Of a stretch of DNA of 64,000 nt, positions 28,441 to 38,644 are shown piece after piece; position 1 is the stretch's first letter; each line of letters starts with the position of its first letter. The DNA lies in assembly GCA_043826355.1 (NCBI GenBank), contig JBDRQI010000005.1:84879-148878 (forward strand), given 5' to 3'. The notes below the pieces were generated by a model, which was not told the DNA's origin, made no database searches, and worked only from the letters and a program-made list of their open reading frames with translations. The position numbers were made by a program, and so were the translations under genes. Source of the stretch: Candidatus Omnitrophota bacterium. Lineage in GTDB: Bacteria; Ratteibacteria; UBA8468; MWAK01.

Positions 28441-29949
28441 TTAAAATCGCTTCCGGCGTTTCCACCAGACCAGGAAGGCGGAGATGCCGGCGGCCAGGGG
28501 ACCGACCGGAAGAGAACCATAATCGCCGGTCATAATGTCTGCCGCCACCACGGCATGATTAGAGTAAATGTAGCTGGGAGAACTGCCGGCAACATTCTGC
28601 CGCCAAACCGCCACGACGTTATCCCCTGAAATTGCGATTTGGGGATAATCGCTGCCCCCGTCGCCATTTGAAACCGTATCAACGGTTGTCGTATCCCAGA
28701 TAATCGCCCCGTCATCATCTATGGTTGCGTAGTTGGAATAGATACGGTCATAACTATTGCCGTCGTTTTTAACCCAGACCACCGCAACGTTATCCCCGGA
28801 AATTGACACCCGGGGCAAAGACGCGTATTGTTCAGTATCATACTCAACCAACTGGTCTGAACTCCAGACGGGAATACCCTCCGATGAAATGGTGGCGTAA
28901 TTGAAGTAGACGCGGTCGTAGCTGCCGTCAGATTGCTGCCAGACCGCCGCAACCGTATTCCCGGAAACTGCGATTTGGGGATCAAAAAACGCACCGTAAT
29001 AATTATTCTCAATTATACTGGTATTTGCCGGGTCCCAGGCAACAGCTCCGGCACCATCTATTGTTGCATAATTGGAATAGATGTTTATAGCGCTACCGTC
29101 ATATTGCCGCCAGACCGCCACGGCCGTGTCGCCGGAAATCGCGATTTGCGGACCGCCATACGCGGGATTTGACTGATTATCAACCGTTTGGATACTCGAC
29201 CAACTCTCTCCTCCATCTGTGGAATAGTTGGAATAAATATTGGCATTGCCGCCGGTGCTTCCCCGCCAGACCGCCACAACCGTATCACCGGAAATCGCGA
29301 TTTGCGGTTCATACCAAGACCCTTCGACCGAACTAATCTGCTGGGCCGTTTTCCAGTCCGGAACTCCCCCGGTAATCGTGGCGTAATTGGAGTAGATGAA
29401 GTTAGGCCAACTCGAATTTTCGTCTTCTTTCTCCCAGACCGCCACGACCGTATCACCATCGGCGTCACCGAATATCGCGATTCGGGGGTTGGACGCATTG
29501 TAATCATTACTCTCAATCGGACCGGCATTTGCCGAATCCCAGACAACAGCCCCATCCCCGTCTATCGTTCCGTAGTTAGAGTAAATGCTGTAATAGTCGC
29601 CGTCATATTGCTGCCAGACCGCTACAACCATATCCCCGGAAATTGCGATTCGGGGGTTAAATGCATCTCCGGCAGCCGCTTCAATCAACTGGGTATCGCT
29701 CCAGGTTTCTCCTCCGTCTGTGGAATAGTTGGAATAGAGATGGGAATAACCCGCTCCAATCTGTTGTACCCAGACCGCCGCAACCGTATTCCCGGAAGTT
29801 ACGATTTGAGGAGTATACACATCGCCGATATTCTGCTCAATCCTGGCCGCATTTGTTTCGTCCCAGGTAAGAGTCTGGGCTCCGATAAAATTCGGAAACA
29901 AAACTAACGCCGCAAGTGCTGCCGTCGTATAGACAAAAAGTTTTTTCAC
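28441..29949 (-). CDS. Secreted 8-repeat (BNR/Asp-box-like) beta-propeller protein with C-terminal TM and basic tail
   Basis: Signal peptide after GTG 29949 (AGGGGG RBS); 8 repeats P(Q/R)IAISGD.V.AVW...IYSNY; STDGGE(T/S)W. Confidence 0.8.
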   Translation of the reverse strand: MKKLFVYTTAALAALVLFPNFIGAQTLTWDETNAARIEQNIGDVYTPQIVTSGNTVAAVWVQQIGAGYSHLYSNYSTDGGETWSDTQLIEAAAGDAFNPRIAISGDMVVAVWQQYDGDYYSIYSNYGTIDGDGAVVWDSANAGPIESNDYNASNPRIAIFGDADGDTVVAVWEKEDENSSWPNFIYSNYATITGGVPDWKTAQQISSVEGSWYEPQIAISGDTVVAVWRGSTGGNANIYSNYSTDGGESWSSIQTVDNQSNPAYGGPQIAISGDTAVAVWRQYDGSAINIYSNYATIDGAGAVAWDPANTSIIENNYYGAFFDPQIAVSGNTVAAVWQQSDGSYDRVYFNYATISSEGIPVWSSDQLVEYDTEQYASLPRVSISGDNVAVVWVKNDGNSYDRIYSNYATIDDDGAIIWDTTTVDTVSNGDGGSDYPQIAISGDNVVAVWRQNVAGSSPSYIYSNHAVVAADIMTGDYGSLPVGPLAAGISAFLVWWKRRKRF

Positions 29950-30217
29950 GTTACCCCCTATTTTAGTCGGAAAATTATAGTATTTGACATACTCCATTTG
30001 CCCATCAAAAAGAAATATTTTAACCTGATTCCCTACTTTACTTACCATCATTTTACTCCGGTACATCTATCGTGTCAATTAAAAAATTAAAAAGCTCCAA
30101 ATTCTTATTCCTAAACACCCTAAAACTCCTGTTTTTAGATCTTACAGTCTTGGATAATTTTGCAAATGCGCCCCATTACCGTGTTGATTTTTAATTGGCG
30201 GGGATATTTGTTCTTTA

Positions 30218-31680
30218 TCATCCAGGCGCCGGACAAAGACCGCGTATCTTTTGCATGATGCTTTTCCAGAGATGTTCATTGATCGTTGCTTCCGCTAAAA
30301 GCAGATAGTAATACCGGGCATGCCTGATAAGCCTGCCGCCCATCTTTATCAGTTTTAACTGTATCGTCCTTAAGGACCAACTCCTTATCTTTTCCGGCAA
30401 GGCCAGCGTCCGGAAAATATTCCCCAGATTATATGCCATGATGAATAGTTTCAGCCGGATTTCGTTCTCCTTAAATCCCTGGCAACTAAGCCTGGTCCAG
30501 TTTAAGGCATATTTTCCTTCTTTTATCTCCGCCGGAGGCGGATCTGCCTCTGGCATGACACTGCTCGCAGGTGCCCCGGTGGTTGTAGAATTTTATTACC
30601 GCCTTATTATTCCATTTGAGACTGGTTACGATGTATCCTATCCTGGGAAACAGTTCTCCCTGATGGTGCTCCATCTTCGCTACTATTCTCCGCTCTTTTT
30701 CCCAGGCGGCAGCACGATACTGGAAACTGACATATTTTACCACCGGTTGCTTTCCGGGTCTGCCCACCGACCGCTTTGCATATGGCGCCACCAACTCTCG
30801 TAACTTCTCATTCTCTTTTATCCGCACCGTATAGTCTATTCCCAGTTCTTCGCATAATTTATACAGACCCGGTATGGCAAAGGCGGCATCTCCCCGTACC
30901 TTTATGTTGATTCCTTTTTCGGCGTAAGACCTCAATATCGGCTCCAGGAATTCCTGCCATCCATCTGCGCTATGCACATTACCCGGCCTTAGTTTTACCT
31001 TGAGACAGTCACCGTACTGGTTGAATACCAATAATGGGTGGTAACACCTTGAAAGAAAATGTCCGTTATAACTTGACCCTTCCTGTTCCCCGTACACCGG
31101 GCTCTCGGAACTGTCTATGTACAAGATTATTTCCTTCATACCTCGTACTGAATCTACCTTTTTTTGTCCATTGCTTCAGTATCTCGTCCAGATTGTTCGG
31201 ATTATCTCCCTCCAGCAATATCTCTTTCTCAAACCTGCCTACGGTTGTTTCTCCGGCGCCGGTCTTTGCCAGGGCGCGATTTCCGATTACCGCTCTCATG
31301 CCAGGGTCTTTCCTCAAGCCTTCAGCATCGTTGGTGTCTTCGTATCCTCCCAGGCGTGAATAGACACTCTGCCGCAGTAATCCCTCCATCTCACGCTGGA
31401 TGTTTTTGCCGTGCCGCTTGTCTTCCAGATATTCCCCGGCGATTTTTGTTAATCCTAATTGTTCGTCCATCTCTCTTATCGCTACCAATCCTCCATCAGA
31501 TGTTACCTGGGTTCCTCTGAATCCGATCTTCAGTTTTTGATTAAAGCCTACCCGGAAATAGCTGTTTTTACTTTCACCCATTAGGTATCTCCTTTTTTTC
31601 GTCTGTTTCCAGCTATATTATAGACGCAAGAAAGGTCAAATTGTCCAGAGGAAATTCTGTCTTTATATGGGGAATGCGGG
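30218..31680 (-). mobile_element. IS1380-family transposase pseudogene in three pieces
   Basis: TSDGGL, GYEDTNDA..LR.DP, YNGHF..CYHPL, LRPGN, RGDAAF, YN.RGTCEQ, IKEGK, LIKMGGR; probable IRL CCCGCATTCCCCATATAA at 31663-31680. Confidence 0.88.
30528..30558 (-). repeat. 31-bp double-hairpin micro-element inserted in the IS1380 transposase
   Basis: TCATGCCAGAGGCAGATCCGCCTCCGGCGGA; removal restores CAG TGG ATA (EQWIKEGK). Confidence 0.85.
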
Positions 31681-31908
31681 ATAATTACTTCTCACTTTTG
31701 GATGCTTATTGAACATTGCGGAAACCCGGAAGAATTTTTAAAAACAGCGAAAAATTAGTTTATGCAAAAAAATAGTGTCCGATAAAATTTTTTCTTTTTA
31801 AAATGAACTTATTTCACAGCAAGGATCTCGTGACCGCCTCGTTTTTTGAAACTGACAATAAATAATATTTTGGTATAGTGAAAAAAATGTACGACCCGCC
31901 TTTAATCT

Positions 31909-32415
31909 TTATTTTACGGCTTGGTTTCGCGGCAAACTATCTTCAACATTAAGGGAAGGGTCTACGCTCTTCTTCAGGCTGTCTAACCCAATCTTATCCC
32001 CGACCCTGAACCCCTTGCGCCGCATGACGTTCGCATTGGTTTCGATCACATATTTTGTCCCTTTCGGCATCTTTATCATCTCAGTTTCCGGAGGCGCATC
32101 AACAATTTGCAGGACCTTGCCGTCCTTGTCAAGCGCGGTCATCTCTATCGTAAAGAGACAGTTACGGCAGTGGAACGTGTCAACACGCCCCAGGTCTCTG
32201 AATAAAACCCCAACGCTCTCCGGCATCTCCGTAACGTATTGAAGACCTAACGATAAGTCGTTCCGGTTTCTCGTAGCAATTAAAGTTACTCCATCAAGTT
32301 GCCTGGTTTGGGGTGATGCGCTTTCCGGCAAAACTATAGTGGCAGGAAAGAAAAATGGAAAGAGAATGGTAATCAGGGGAATCGCCATTTTAAAAAATCC
32401 AATTTTATTTTCCAT
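31909..32415 (-). CDS. DUF192-family protein
   Basis: GLQY...MPE..GVLF, FHCRNC, YVIETNA...GF.VGD. Confidence 0.7.
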   Translation of the reverse strand: MENKIGFFKMAIPLITILFPFFFPATIVLPESASPQTRQLDGVTLIATRNRNDLSLGLQYVTEMPESVGVLFRDLGRVDTFHCRNCLFTIEMTALDKDGKVLQIVDAPPETEMIKMPKGTKYVIETNANVMRRKGFRVGDKIGLDSLKKSVDPSLNVEDSLPRNQAVK

Positions 32416-32585
32416 TTTGCAGAATTGAAAATTTAATTTGTAATCATTCGTTTGCCCGGCAAAAAATTTTTAGCCTGAGATGCTTCTTGTTTATTATACT
32501 GTACCACGATATGACAATTTATCAAATGAAGAAGTGAACCCCTGTTCTCGGACAGACAGGTGGCATAGCCATAAATAATGGCGGA

Positions 32586-32927
32586 TTACTTAAGGCTGAC
32601 GGTGCCGGTAGCCGGGTCGTATGAAATTTCCTGATTAGCCGGAGGTTTCGGCAGTTCTTTGATATAACCCTTGCCTACCAGTTCCTGAAGAGAGGTCGGA
32701 TATCGGTCTTCCTGAACATAAAAAGAGTCCACCAGTTGCTTGAGAGGGAGAACCACGTCCATCGCCTTGGCTTTCCGGTAGGTCTTCCCCATTACACCGC
32801 CGTACTGCTGAATCGCATTGCCCGGAGTGAGCGGTGGAGACTCAGGGGTGGGTTCTTGTTTCTTTCCGCAAGAAACAAGACCGATAGTGAATAAAATAAC
32901 GGCCAAAAATAGAACCAATCTTTTCAT
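32586..32927 (-). CDS. Lipoprotein with a pseudopilin GspG-like C-terminal segment
   Basis: Lipobox LVSC; F...EDRYP.SL.ELV.KGYI..LP.PP....YDP.TG.V. Confidence 0.65.
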   Translation of the reverse strand: MKRLVLFLAVILFTIGLVSCGKKQEPTPESPPLTPGNAIQQYGGVMGKTYRKAKAMDVVLPLKQLVDSFYVQEDRYPTSLQELVGKGYIKELPKPPANQEISYDPATGTVSLK

Positions 32928-32937
32928 ATCATTTCTT

Positions 32938-33762
32938 TTAGATTTTGACGACCTTCCCATCGTAGGCGACTTCAATACCCTCTTTACCCAGAATCTTTTC
33001 CAACTCAGCATGAAGCAAGCCGCCGTTATGAGAAAAATGAGTGGCAACACACCGGCAGCTTTTTTTCAGATTTCCGTTCCCTGCTAATCTTTTTTTTACT
33101 TTCATTACCCCTTTAATTCCGAGATGGTACCGTTCTTCGTCTATCTTGCCGTTGGTACAATCCAGAACTATCAAATCAAATTTAAAATCCTGGAGCGCTT
33201 TCCAGGTTTCCTCGGGATACCAGCCCGTATCATGGCCGTGAAGCAGGGTACGGCCTTTGTACCGGAAGACAAAGTTAAAACAGAGTTTTTTAGGGTCATG
33301 GTCGGCTTTAACGGGTAGGACTTTCATCTCTCCGGCCGTAAATTCTTTATACGGTTCGATAATATGAAAAGAAATACCCGTCGATTTTTCATAATCTCCC
33401 CGGTGCTGTGCTTTTAGAGTAGAATCACAAACGGATTTACTGGTGTAGATGTTAAGGATATCTTCTTTCCCGAGATGAGCAAATGGCGCAGCGCGAAGGC
33501 GTAAATCTAACGGGCAGTAATGGTCGCTGTGGTCATGGGTTACAAAAAGATGTTTCACTTTAGCCAACCTGATGTTGTATCTATTCATCTGCCAGTAAGT
33601 ATCCGGAGGAAAATCAACCTTGTAGCGGCCGTCTATTAAAAGGGAAGAACGGGACCGGATGTCTTTTCCTTTTAACCGCCGCGCTCGTTGACAATAACGG
33701 CATTCACAAAACAGTCCCGGCCAACCTTCGGCCGCCGCCGTGCCTAAAAAAAGTATTTCCAT
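32938..33762 (-). CDS. MBL-fold metallohydrolase (PhnP-like)
   Basis: LGTAAAEGWP..FCEC..C, THDHSDH, DTG, THFSHNG. Confidence 0.85.
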   Translation of the reverse strand: MEILFLGTAAAEGWPGLFCECRYCQRARRLKGKDIRSRSSLLIDGRYKVDFPPDTYWQMNRYNIRLAKVKHLFVTHDHSDHYCPLDLRLRAAPFAHLGKEDILNIYTSKSVCDSTLKAQHRGDYEKSTGISFHIIEPYKEFTAGEMKVLPVKADHDPKKLCFNFVFRYKGRTLLHGHDTGWYPEETWKALQDFKFDLIVLDCTNGKIDEERYHLGIKGVMKVKKRLAGNGNLKKSCRCVATHFSHNGGLLHAELEKILGKEGIEVAYDGKVVKI

Positions 33763-34076
33763 AATTATTCCTTTAATTTAATCCATCAGGTAATTTACGG
33801 GAGAAGTATATATCTTCAGACTTTTTTGAATAAATTTACCTGGTTTGAAATTTGCGGTTTGATGTTGTTCTTAGTTGCTGTTTTGGGTGATTTTTTTGCT
33901 TTCAGATTATACTTCTTCCTGCGTTTCGGAGTCAACCGCCTGGAGCCAAAATTCTGTTTTTCGGTCAAATCCAATAACTTTGGCTGTCGCTGACAAAAAA
34001 TACAGGAAAATATATTTTTTTACAAAAACGCCCGATATGTTATAAAATTAAACACATTACAACCGGGAGGAATACG

Positions 34077-34676
34077 ATGAACCCAAAAGAACTTGACGTA
34101 AGAGGAACAGACAACACCGCAAATCCGGCCCCGCTTGGACTGGCTGGTTTTGGAATGACCACCGTACTTCTCAACCTTCACAACGCCGGATTGTTTGAAC
34201 TTGGCACCATGATTCTGGCAATGGGTATATTTTATGGTGGATTGGCGCAAATAATCGCCGGAATAATGGAGTGGAAAAAAGGCAATACATTTGGAACAAC
34301 TGCTTTCACTTCATACGGTCTGTTCTGGTTGTCTCTCGCAGCTCTTCTTGTTATGCCAAAAATGGGGCTCGGTGAAATCAACTCTCTGGTTGCCATGTCA
34401 TTCTACCTTTTAATGTGGGGAATCTTCACGTTTTGCCTATTTCTGGCAACTCTTAAAATGAACCGGGCGATGCAGTTTATTTTTGGATCTCTTACGCTAC
34501 TGTTTTTGCTCCTGGCTCTCAGCGATATTACGGGAAATACGGCATTGAAAAAAATAGCAGGGATAGAAGGTATAATCTGCGGGGCATCTGCCATATATAC
34601 GGGCATGGCGCAGATATTGAATGAAGTATACGGCAGAACGATTCTGCCGCTCGGGGCTTCAAGTAAAAATAACTGA
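34077..34676 (+). CDS. satP: Acetate/succinate uptake transporter
   Basis: [37 protein letters not shown]. Confidence 0.92.
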   Translation: MNPKELDVRGTDNTANPAPLGLAGFGMTTVLLNLHNAGLFELGTMILAMGIFYGGLAQIIAGIMEWKKGNTFGTTAFTSYGLFWLSLAALLVMPKMGLGEINSLVAMSFYLLMWGIFTFCLFLATLKMNRAMQFIFGSLTLLFLLLALSDITGNTALKKIAGIEGIICGASAIYTGMAQILNEVYGRTILPLGASSKNN

Positions 34677-34785
34677 CAATGCACGTACTTGATAAGACAG
34701 ATTACCGAATTTATCCAATAAAATAGGCTCTAACGTCTTCCAGCCGCAAAAAAATTAGCCGGTATTAATCCACTGCCTATACCCC

Positions 34786-36291
34786 TTAAGGAGAGTAATA
34801 ATTCCAGTTCTGTTTCTGTCTCCGGTAGTGCTGCAGGGTCCAATAACGGTCCGGACTTTTTAATCCGGGTCTGGCATTATTCCAAAAGACTTTAATGATC
34901 CCTTCCTCGCCAAGAACGAGGACCTCTTCGCGATAGTCCCCCAACACGTCGGCGGCATAAATTCGCACCGCCTTTCCAGAAAAAATGGTTTTGAATTCGC
35001 CCGTGAGAGCATCAACAATGGCTCCGGTACCGTGCTTATGTCTCTCCATACCTATAAGATAATCCTTTCCATCCCCATACCAGTCTATCCTACAAATTTC
35101 CTCTAAACCGTGCCCGGTCCACCAATCAGGTTTATGGTCGTTGAGGTAGTACTTGGTAATGAGATTTCCCGCAGCATCAAGAACCCAAGGGGCCAATTCG
35201 TACCGATAAGGTTCCTCCCTGCCCCTGGGAGTGGTTCCATCACCGCCGGAAGAACGGTTGAAGATCTCCAGGCCGGGGCGACCAGGGTCGAAATCGCCCA
35301 CAGCCAGCTTATCCGGATCCTCCCAATTCCAGGGATTTAAAGTTCGAAAAATAATCCTATCTGGATTTACAACAACAGTATGAGAATTGGCTCCTCTTTG
35401 TTCCGCAAGAGCAACTTCTAAAGGATACCCCGGAACAATATCAGCAATTACAATGCTGTCCATACTTTTCCAGGTCCCGCCAAGGTCCCAACGGTTCATT
35501 TTCGTCCCGTCATGGTCAATAATAACCGCACCGGCAACTTCGTCCAAACCGTCACCATCTAAGTCTGCTTGACGTAAAGAACTGTGTTCGATTCCGCGGT
35601 ACTCATGAGTTTCCCATAGTAAAGAACCACCTTCGGCACAGATTGCTTTAAGGTGGGTCTGGCTGTATTGAAGGACAATATCTCTATCCCCCAGACCTCT
35701 CAGATTGACAATGGCCATCGCGATAGGTTTACCTACACCGGAAAGAACTTTTTTCTCGGCACCGGTCTTTCCGTCAAGAAAAACGATTTCATCATTAGCG
35801 GTCAGGTAGGCAATTTCTTCTTTTCCGTCGCCATCCAGGTCACCTGCAATTGCGCTGGGGTGGTGATAAAAATCAAAAAGACGAATATCGGTCTTGCGGA
35901 CCCAAAGAGTTTTTCCGCGTAAGTCATAGGCGCCAATGTGCCCATCGCTGGTAACGAGAATATCCATACGGCCGTTGTTGTCTAAATCATGGACGAACAG
36001 ACCGCCGCCTTCGCCGGGAACTGGCTGGGCCAGGTGAATGATGACTGAAAATACATTCCGCTGTTCCTTAATTTGTACCGGTTGGCCTACCTCGACGGTA
36101 GCGCACCCCGCCAGCAATAATAAATCAAGAACAAATAATCCCTTTTGCCAAAAAACACTTTTCAATCCTCCTCCGTGATTGTTAATATCCCTCACAGAAC
36201 CAAATTTGAGGATTTCCCACAGCCGGCTCTTAAGGAAAGCGCCCTGCCGGAACACCGGATAAGAGTGCTCCGACATCTTTCTTTTGCCCAT
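34786..36291 (-). CDS. FG-GAP-repeat lipoprotein (rhamnogalacturonan lyase-like beta-propeller)
   Basis: Repeated DLD.DG..EI/EV motifs; lipobox LAGC; true start probably near 36165. Confidence 0.65.
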   Translation of the reverse strand: MGKRKMSEHSYPVFRQGAFLKSRLWEILKFGSVRDINNHGGGLKSVFWQKGLFVLDLLLLAGCATVEVGQPVQIKEQRNVFSVIIHLAQPVPGEGGGLFVHDLDNNGRMDILVTSDGHIGAYDLRGKTLWVRKTDIRLFDFYHHPSAIAGDLDGDGKEEIAYLTANDEIVFLDGKTGAEKKVLSGVGKPIAMAIVNLRGLGDRDIVLQYSQTHLKAICAEGGSLLWETHEYRGIEHSSLRQADLDGDGLDEVAGAVIIDHDGTKMNRWDLGGTWKSMDSIVIADIVPGYPLEVALAEQRGANSHTVVVNPDRIIFRTLNPWNWEDPDKLAVGDFDPGRPGLEIFNRSSGGDGTTPRGREEPYRYELAPWVLDAAGNLITKYYLNDHKPDWWTGHGLEEICRIDWYGDGKDYLIGMERHKHGTGAIVDALTGEFKTIFSGKAVRIYAADVLGDYREEVLVLGEEGIIKVFWNNARPGLKSPDRYWTLQHYRRQKQNWNYYSP

Positions 36292-36540
36292 TAAAAAGAA
36301 ATATTTTGGTCGAATACTCTGACCTTATATTTAAAACATACCGGGATCTTTTCAACGAAATGTCATATTTCCTTCAATTATAACGTTTCCCCTGTTTTAG
36401 AATCAATTTCTGAGAATCGCCTTATAAATAAAATAATTACGCCTGGATGATGGGGTGAATTTCGAAAGTAGGATCATTGCGAGGAACAAAGTGACGCGGC
36501 AATTCCCTGTTACTGTTTTTAACCAGGGTCTGGATTGCTC

Positions 36541-37818
36541 CTATTCGTTGCGCAACGCGGCTATCGGGTCCAGTTCGGCCGCGGAACGGGCCGGGTACAG
36601 ACCGAAGATAACTCCGATGGCCGCGGAGATGGCAAAAGCCAGGATTGGCGACCAAAAGGTAACTATGGTCTTCATACCGGTAGCGCGCGTAACCAGTACC
36701 GGGATGAAAATGCCCAGAATAACGCCGATGGCGCCTCCGATGCCGGAGAGGATTACCGCTTCGGACAGGAACTGGGTTATGATGTCCCGCTTGCGGGCGC
36801 CCAAAGCCCGGCGCAGGCCGATCTCCCGAATCCGTTCCATAACGCTGGCCAGCATAATATTCATAATGCCGATGCCGCCCACTAACAGCGAAATAGCCGC
36901 AATAGACCCTAACACAATATTAAAGATACGTTTGGTCTGTTCGGCTTGTTTCAGCAGTTCCAGGGGCACCATAATTTCGTAATCGGCTGCTTTATGGCTT
37001 CGCTTCATCTCGGCGGAAATCAGGCTCACGGTTGCCGGAATGTCAGATTCCCGGCCGGCCTTCAACACTATTTCGTGCAGTTCCACCCATTCCCGCACCT
37101 GGCTTCCCCCCTCGTTCTTAAAGATGAACTCGCCGAATTGACTCAGTCCGGTTGAGAGCGGGACGTACATCTCATAATTGACGTTTTCCGTCGCCACCGT
37201 GGACCCGCCTCCGGAGATACTCCGGTCCGATAAAATTCCGATTACCCGGTAATAATTATTTTTAACCCGGACGGTCCCGCCAAGACCGCCGCCCAGCGGA
37301 AAAAGTTTTTGGGCAAGTCCGGCGCCTAAGACCGCCACGTTGGAACGGTAAAAATAGTCGTTTTCATTAAATAACCGTCCGGCTGACAGAGACAAATTGA
37401 CCAGGTGAAAATAACTGGGGTTGGTTGATACCAGGTGTGCGGGGAAACTCCACTCTCCCTGCCAGACCGTCTCCCTTATCCGGCGCAACTGGGCCGACTG
37501 GTTTAACGAAGGAATGGCCTTAAGCCGGGCAAAATCGCTCTTCAGCAACCCATACTTATCCATTCTTCCCGTAGTTTGGGAACCACTACCGGCTTCAGCC
37601 GGCGGTTTGACGCTGCGCACGATAATATTCAAACTGCCCATCTGCTTAATCCGCTGCTGGGCCTCATAACTGGCGCCCTCGCCGATAGCCAGCATCGCGA
37701 TGACGGAAGCAACGCCGAAGACGATACCCAGGACCGTCAGCAGGGAACGGAGCCGCCGGTGCCAGAGACTTTTTAAACCGACGGTCAGATTTCGCTGAAA
37801 AAATAAAGGAAGCGCCAT
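36541..37818 (-). CDS. MacB-type ABC permease
   Basis: RSLLTVLGIVFGVASV, SLLVGGIGIMNIMLASV.ER.REIG.R.ALGA. Confidence 0.92.
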   Translation of the reverse strand: MALPLFFQRNLTVGLKSLWHRRLRSLLTVLGIVFGVASVIAMLAIGEGASYEAQQRIKQMGSLNIIVRSVKPPAEAGSGSQTTGRMDKYGLLKSDFARLKAIPSLNQSAQLRRIRETVWQGEWSFPAHLVSTNPSYFHLVNLSLSAGRLFNENDYFYRSNVAVLGAGLAQKLFPLGGGLGGTVRVKNNYYRVIGILSDRSISGGGSTVATENVNYEMYVPLSTGLSQFGEFIFKNEGGSQVREWVELHEIVLKAGRESDIPATVSLISAEMKRSHKAADYEIMVPLELLKQAEQTKRIFNIVLGSIAAISLLVGGIGIMNIMLASVMERIREIGLRRALGARKRDIITQFLSEAVILSGIGGAIGVILGIFIPVLVTRATGMKTIVTFWSPILAFAISAAIGVIFGLYPARSAAELDPIAALRNE

Positions 37819-37845
37819 TAGTTTTACGAAAACACTATTCAGGGT

Positions 37846-37869
37846 ACGCAGGCTAAAGCCTGCGGCTAC
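37846..37869 (-). repeat. GTAG-type REP-like palindrome supplying the ATPase stop codon
   Basis: GTAGCCGCAGGCTTTAGCCTGCGT; interrupted twin at 50739-50794. Confidence 0.8.
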
Positions 37870-38555
37870 CCTTTTATGTGCCCGTCCACAATCTGAATCG
37901 TCCGGGAAGAGTGTTGCGCCACGCTGACATCATGGGTAATAACCACCAGCGTCTTACCCTGGCTGTGCATTTCATTCAGAACAGAAAGTATCTCCTGCCC
38001 GGTTTTAGAATCAAGGTTGCCGGTCGGCTCATCCGCCAGGATGATAAGCGGTTCATTTACCAAACTGCGGGCGATAGCCACCCTTTGCTGCTGTCCGCCG
38101 GAGAGTTGGGCCGGCCGGTGGTCCAAACGGTTACCGAGGCCAACCATTTCCGCCAGGCGGACGGCGCGCTTAAGCCCGTCGGGGTCACGGGGGTTCCGGT
38201 AGAAGAGAGGAATCTCAATATTTTCCAGCACGGTCAGTTCCGGAATCAGGTTATACGATTGGAAAATAAAACCTATTTTTCGGTTGCGAATCTCCGAGAG
38301 TTGGTCGTCGGGAAGCGCCGAAACGTCTTCTCCGCCGAGATAATACCGGCCGCCGGTGGGCTGGTCCAGGCAACCCAACAGGTTGAGCAGGGTTGTTTTG
38401 CCGGAACCGGAAGGACCCATCACCGCCAGGTATTCGCCCTCTTCCACCGTCAGGTTAATTTTCGCCAGGGCCGCCACTTCGCCGGCCGCCATCCGGTAAA
38501 TCCGGCTGATCTCTTCCAATTGAATTGCCGGTGTTATTTTATTCTGGGCAACCAT
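37866..38555 (-). CDS. MacB/LolD-type ABC ATP-binding protein
   Basis: [31 protein letters not shown]. Confidence 0.95.
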   Translation of the reverse strand: MVAQNKITPAIQLEEISRIYRMAAGEVAALAKINLTVEEGEYLAVMGPSGSGKTTLLNLLGCLDQPTGGRYYLGGEDVSALPDDQLSEIRNRKIGFIFQSYNLIPELTVLENIEIPLFYRNPRDPDGLKRAVRLAEMVGLGNRLDHRPAQLSGGQQQRVAIARSLVNEPLIILADEPTGNLDSKTGQEILSVLNEMHSQGKTLVVITHDVSVAQHSSRTIQIVDGHIKG

Positions 38556-38644
38556 TTAATACAAACACAATTAGCGACCTTAAAAGGATCGCACTACGTT
38601 AAAACATGGATTCCTGATTAAAACATTCGGGAACGACAAAGTTA

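Noticed and set aside
28441..29949. Periodic CCAGACCGC / GCGATTTG repeats as a possible CRISPR array
   Set aside because: Degenerate, 150-180 bp period, in frame with protein repeats; no cas genes
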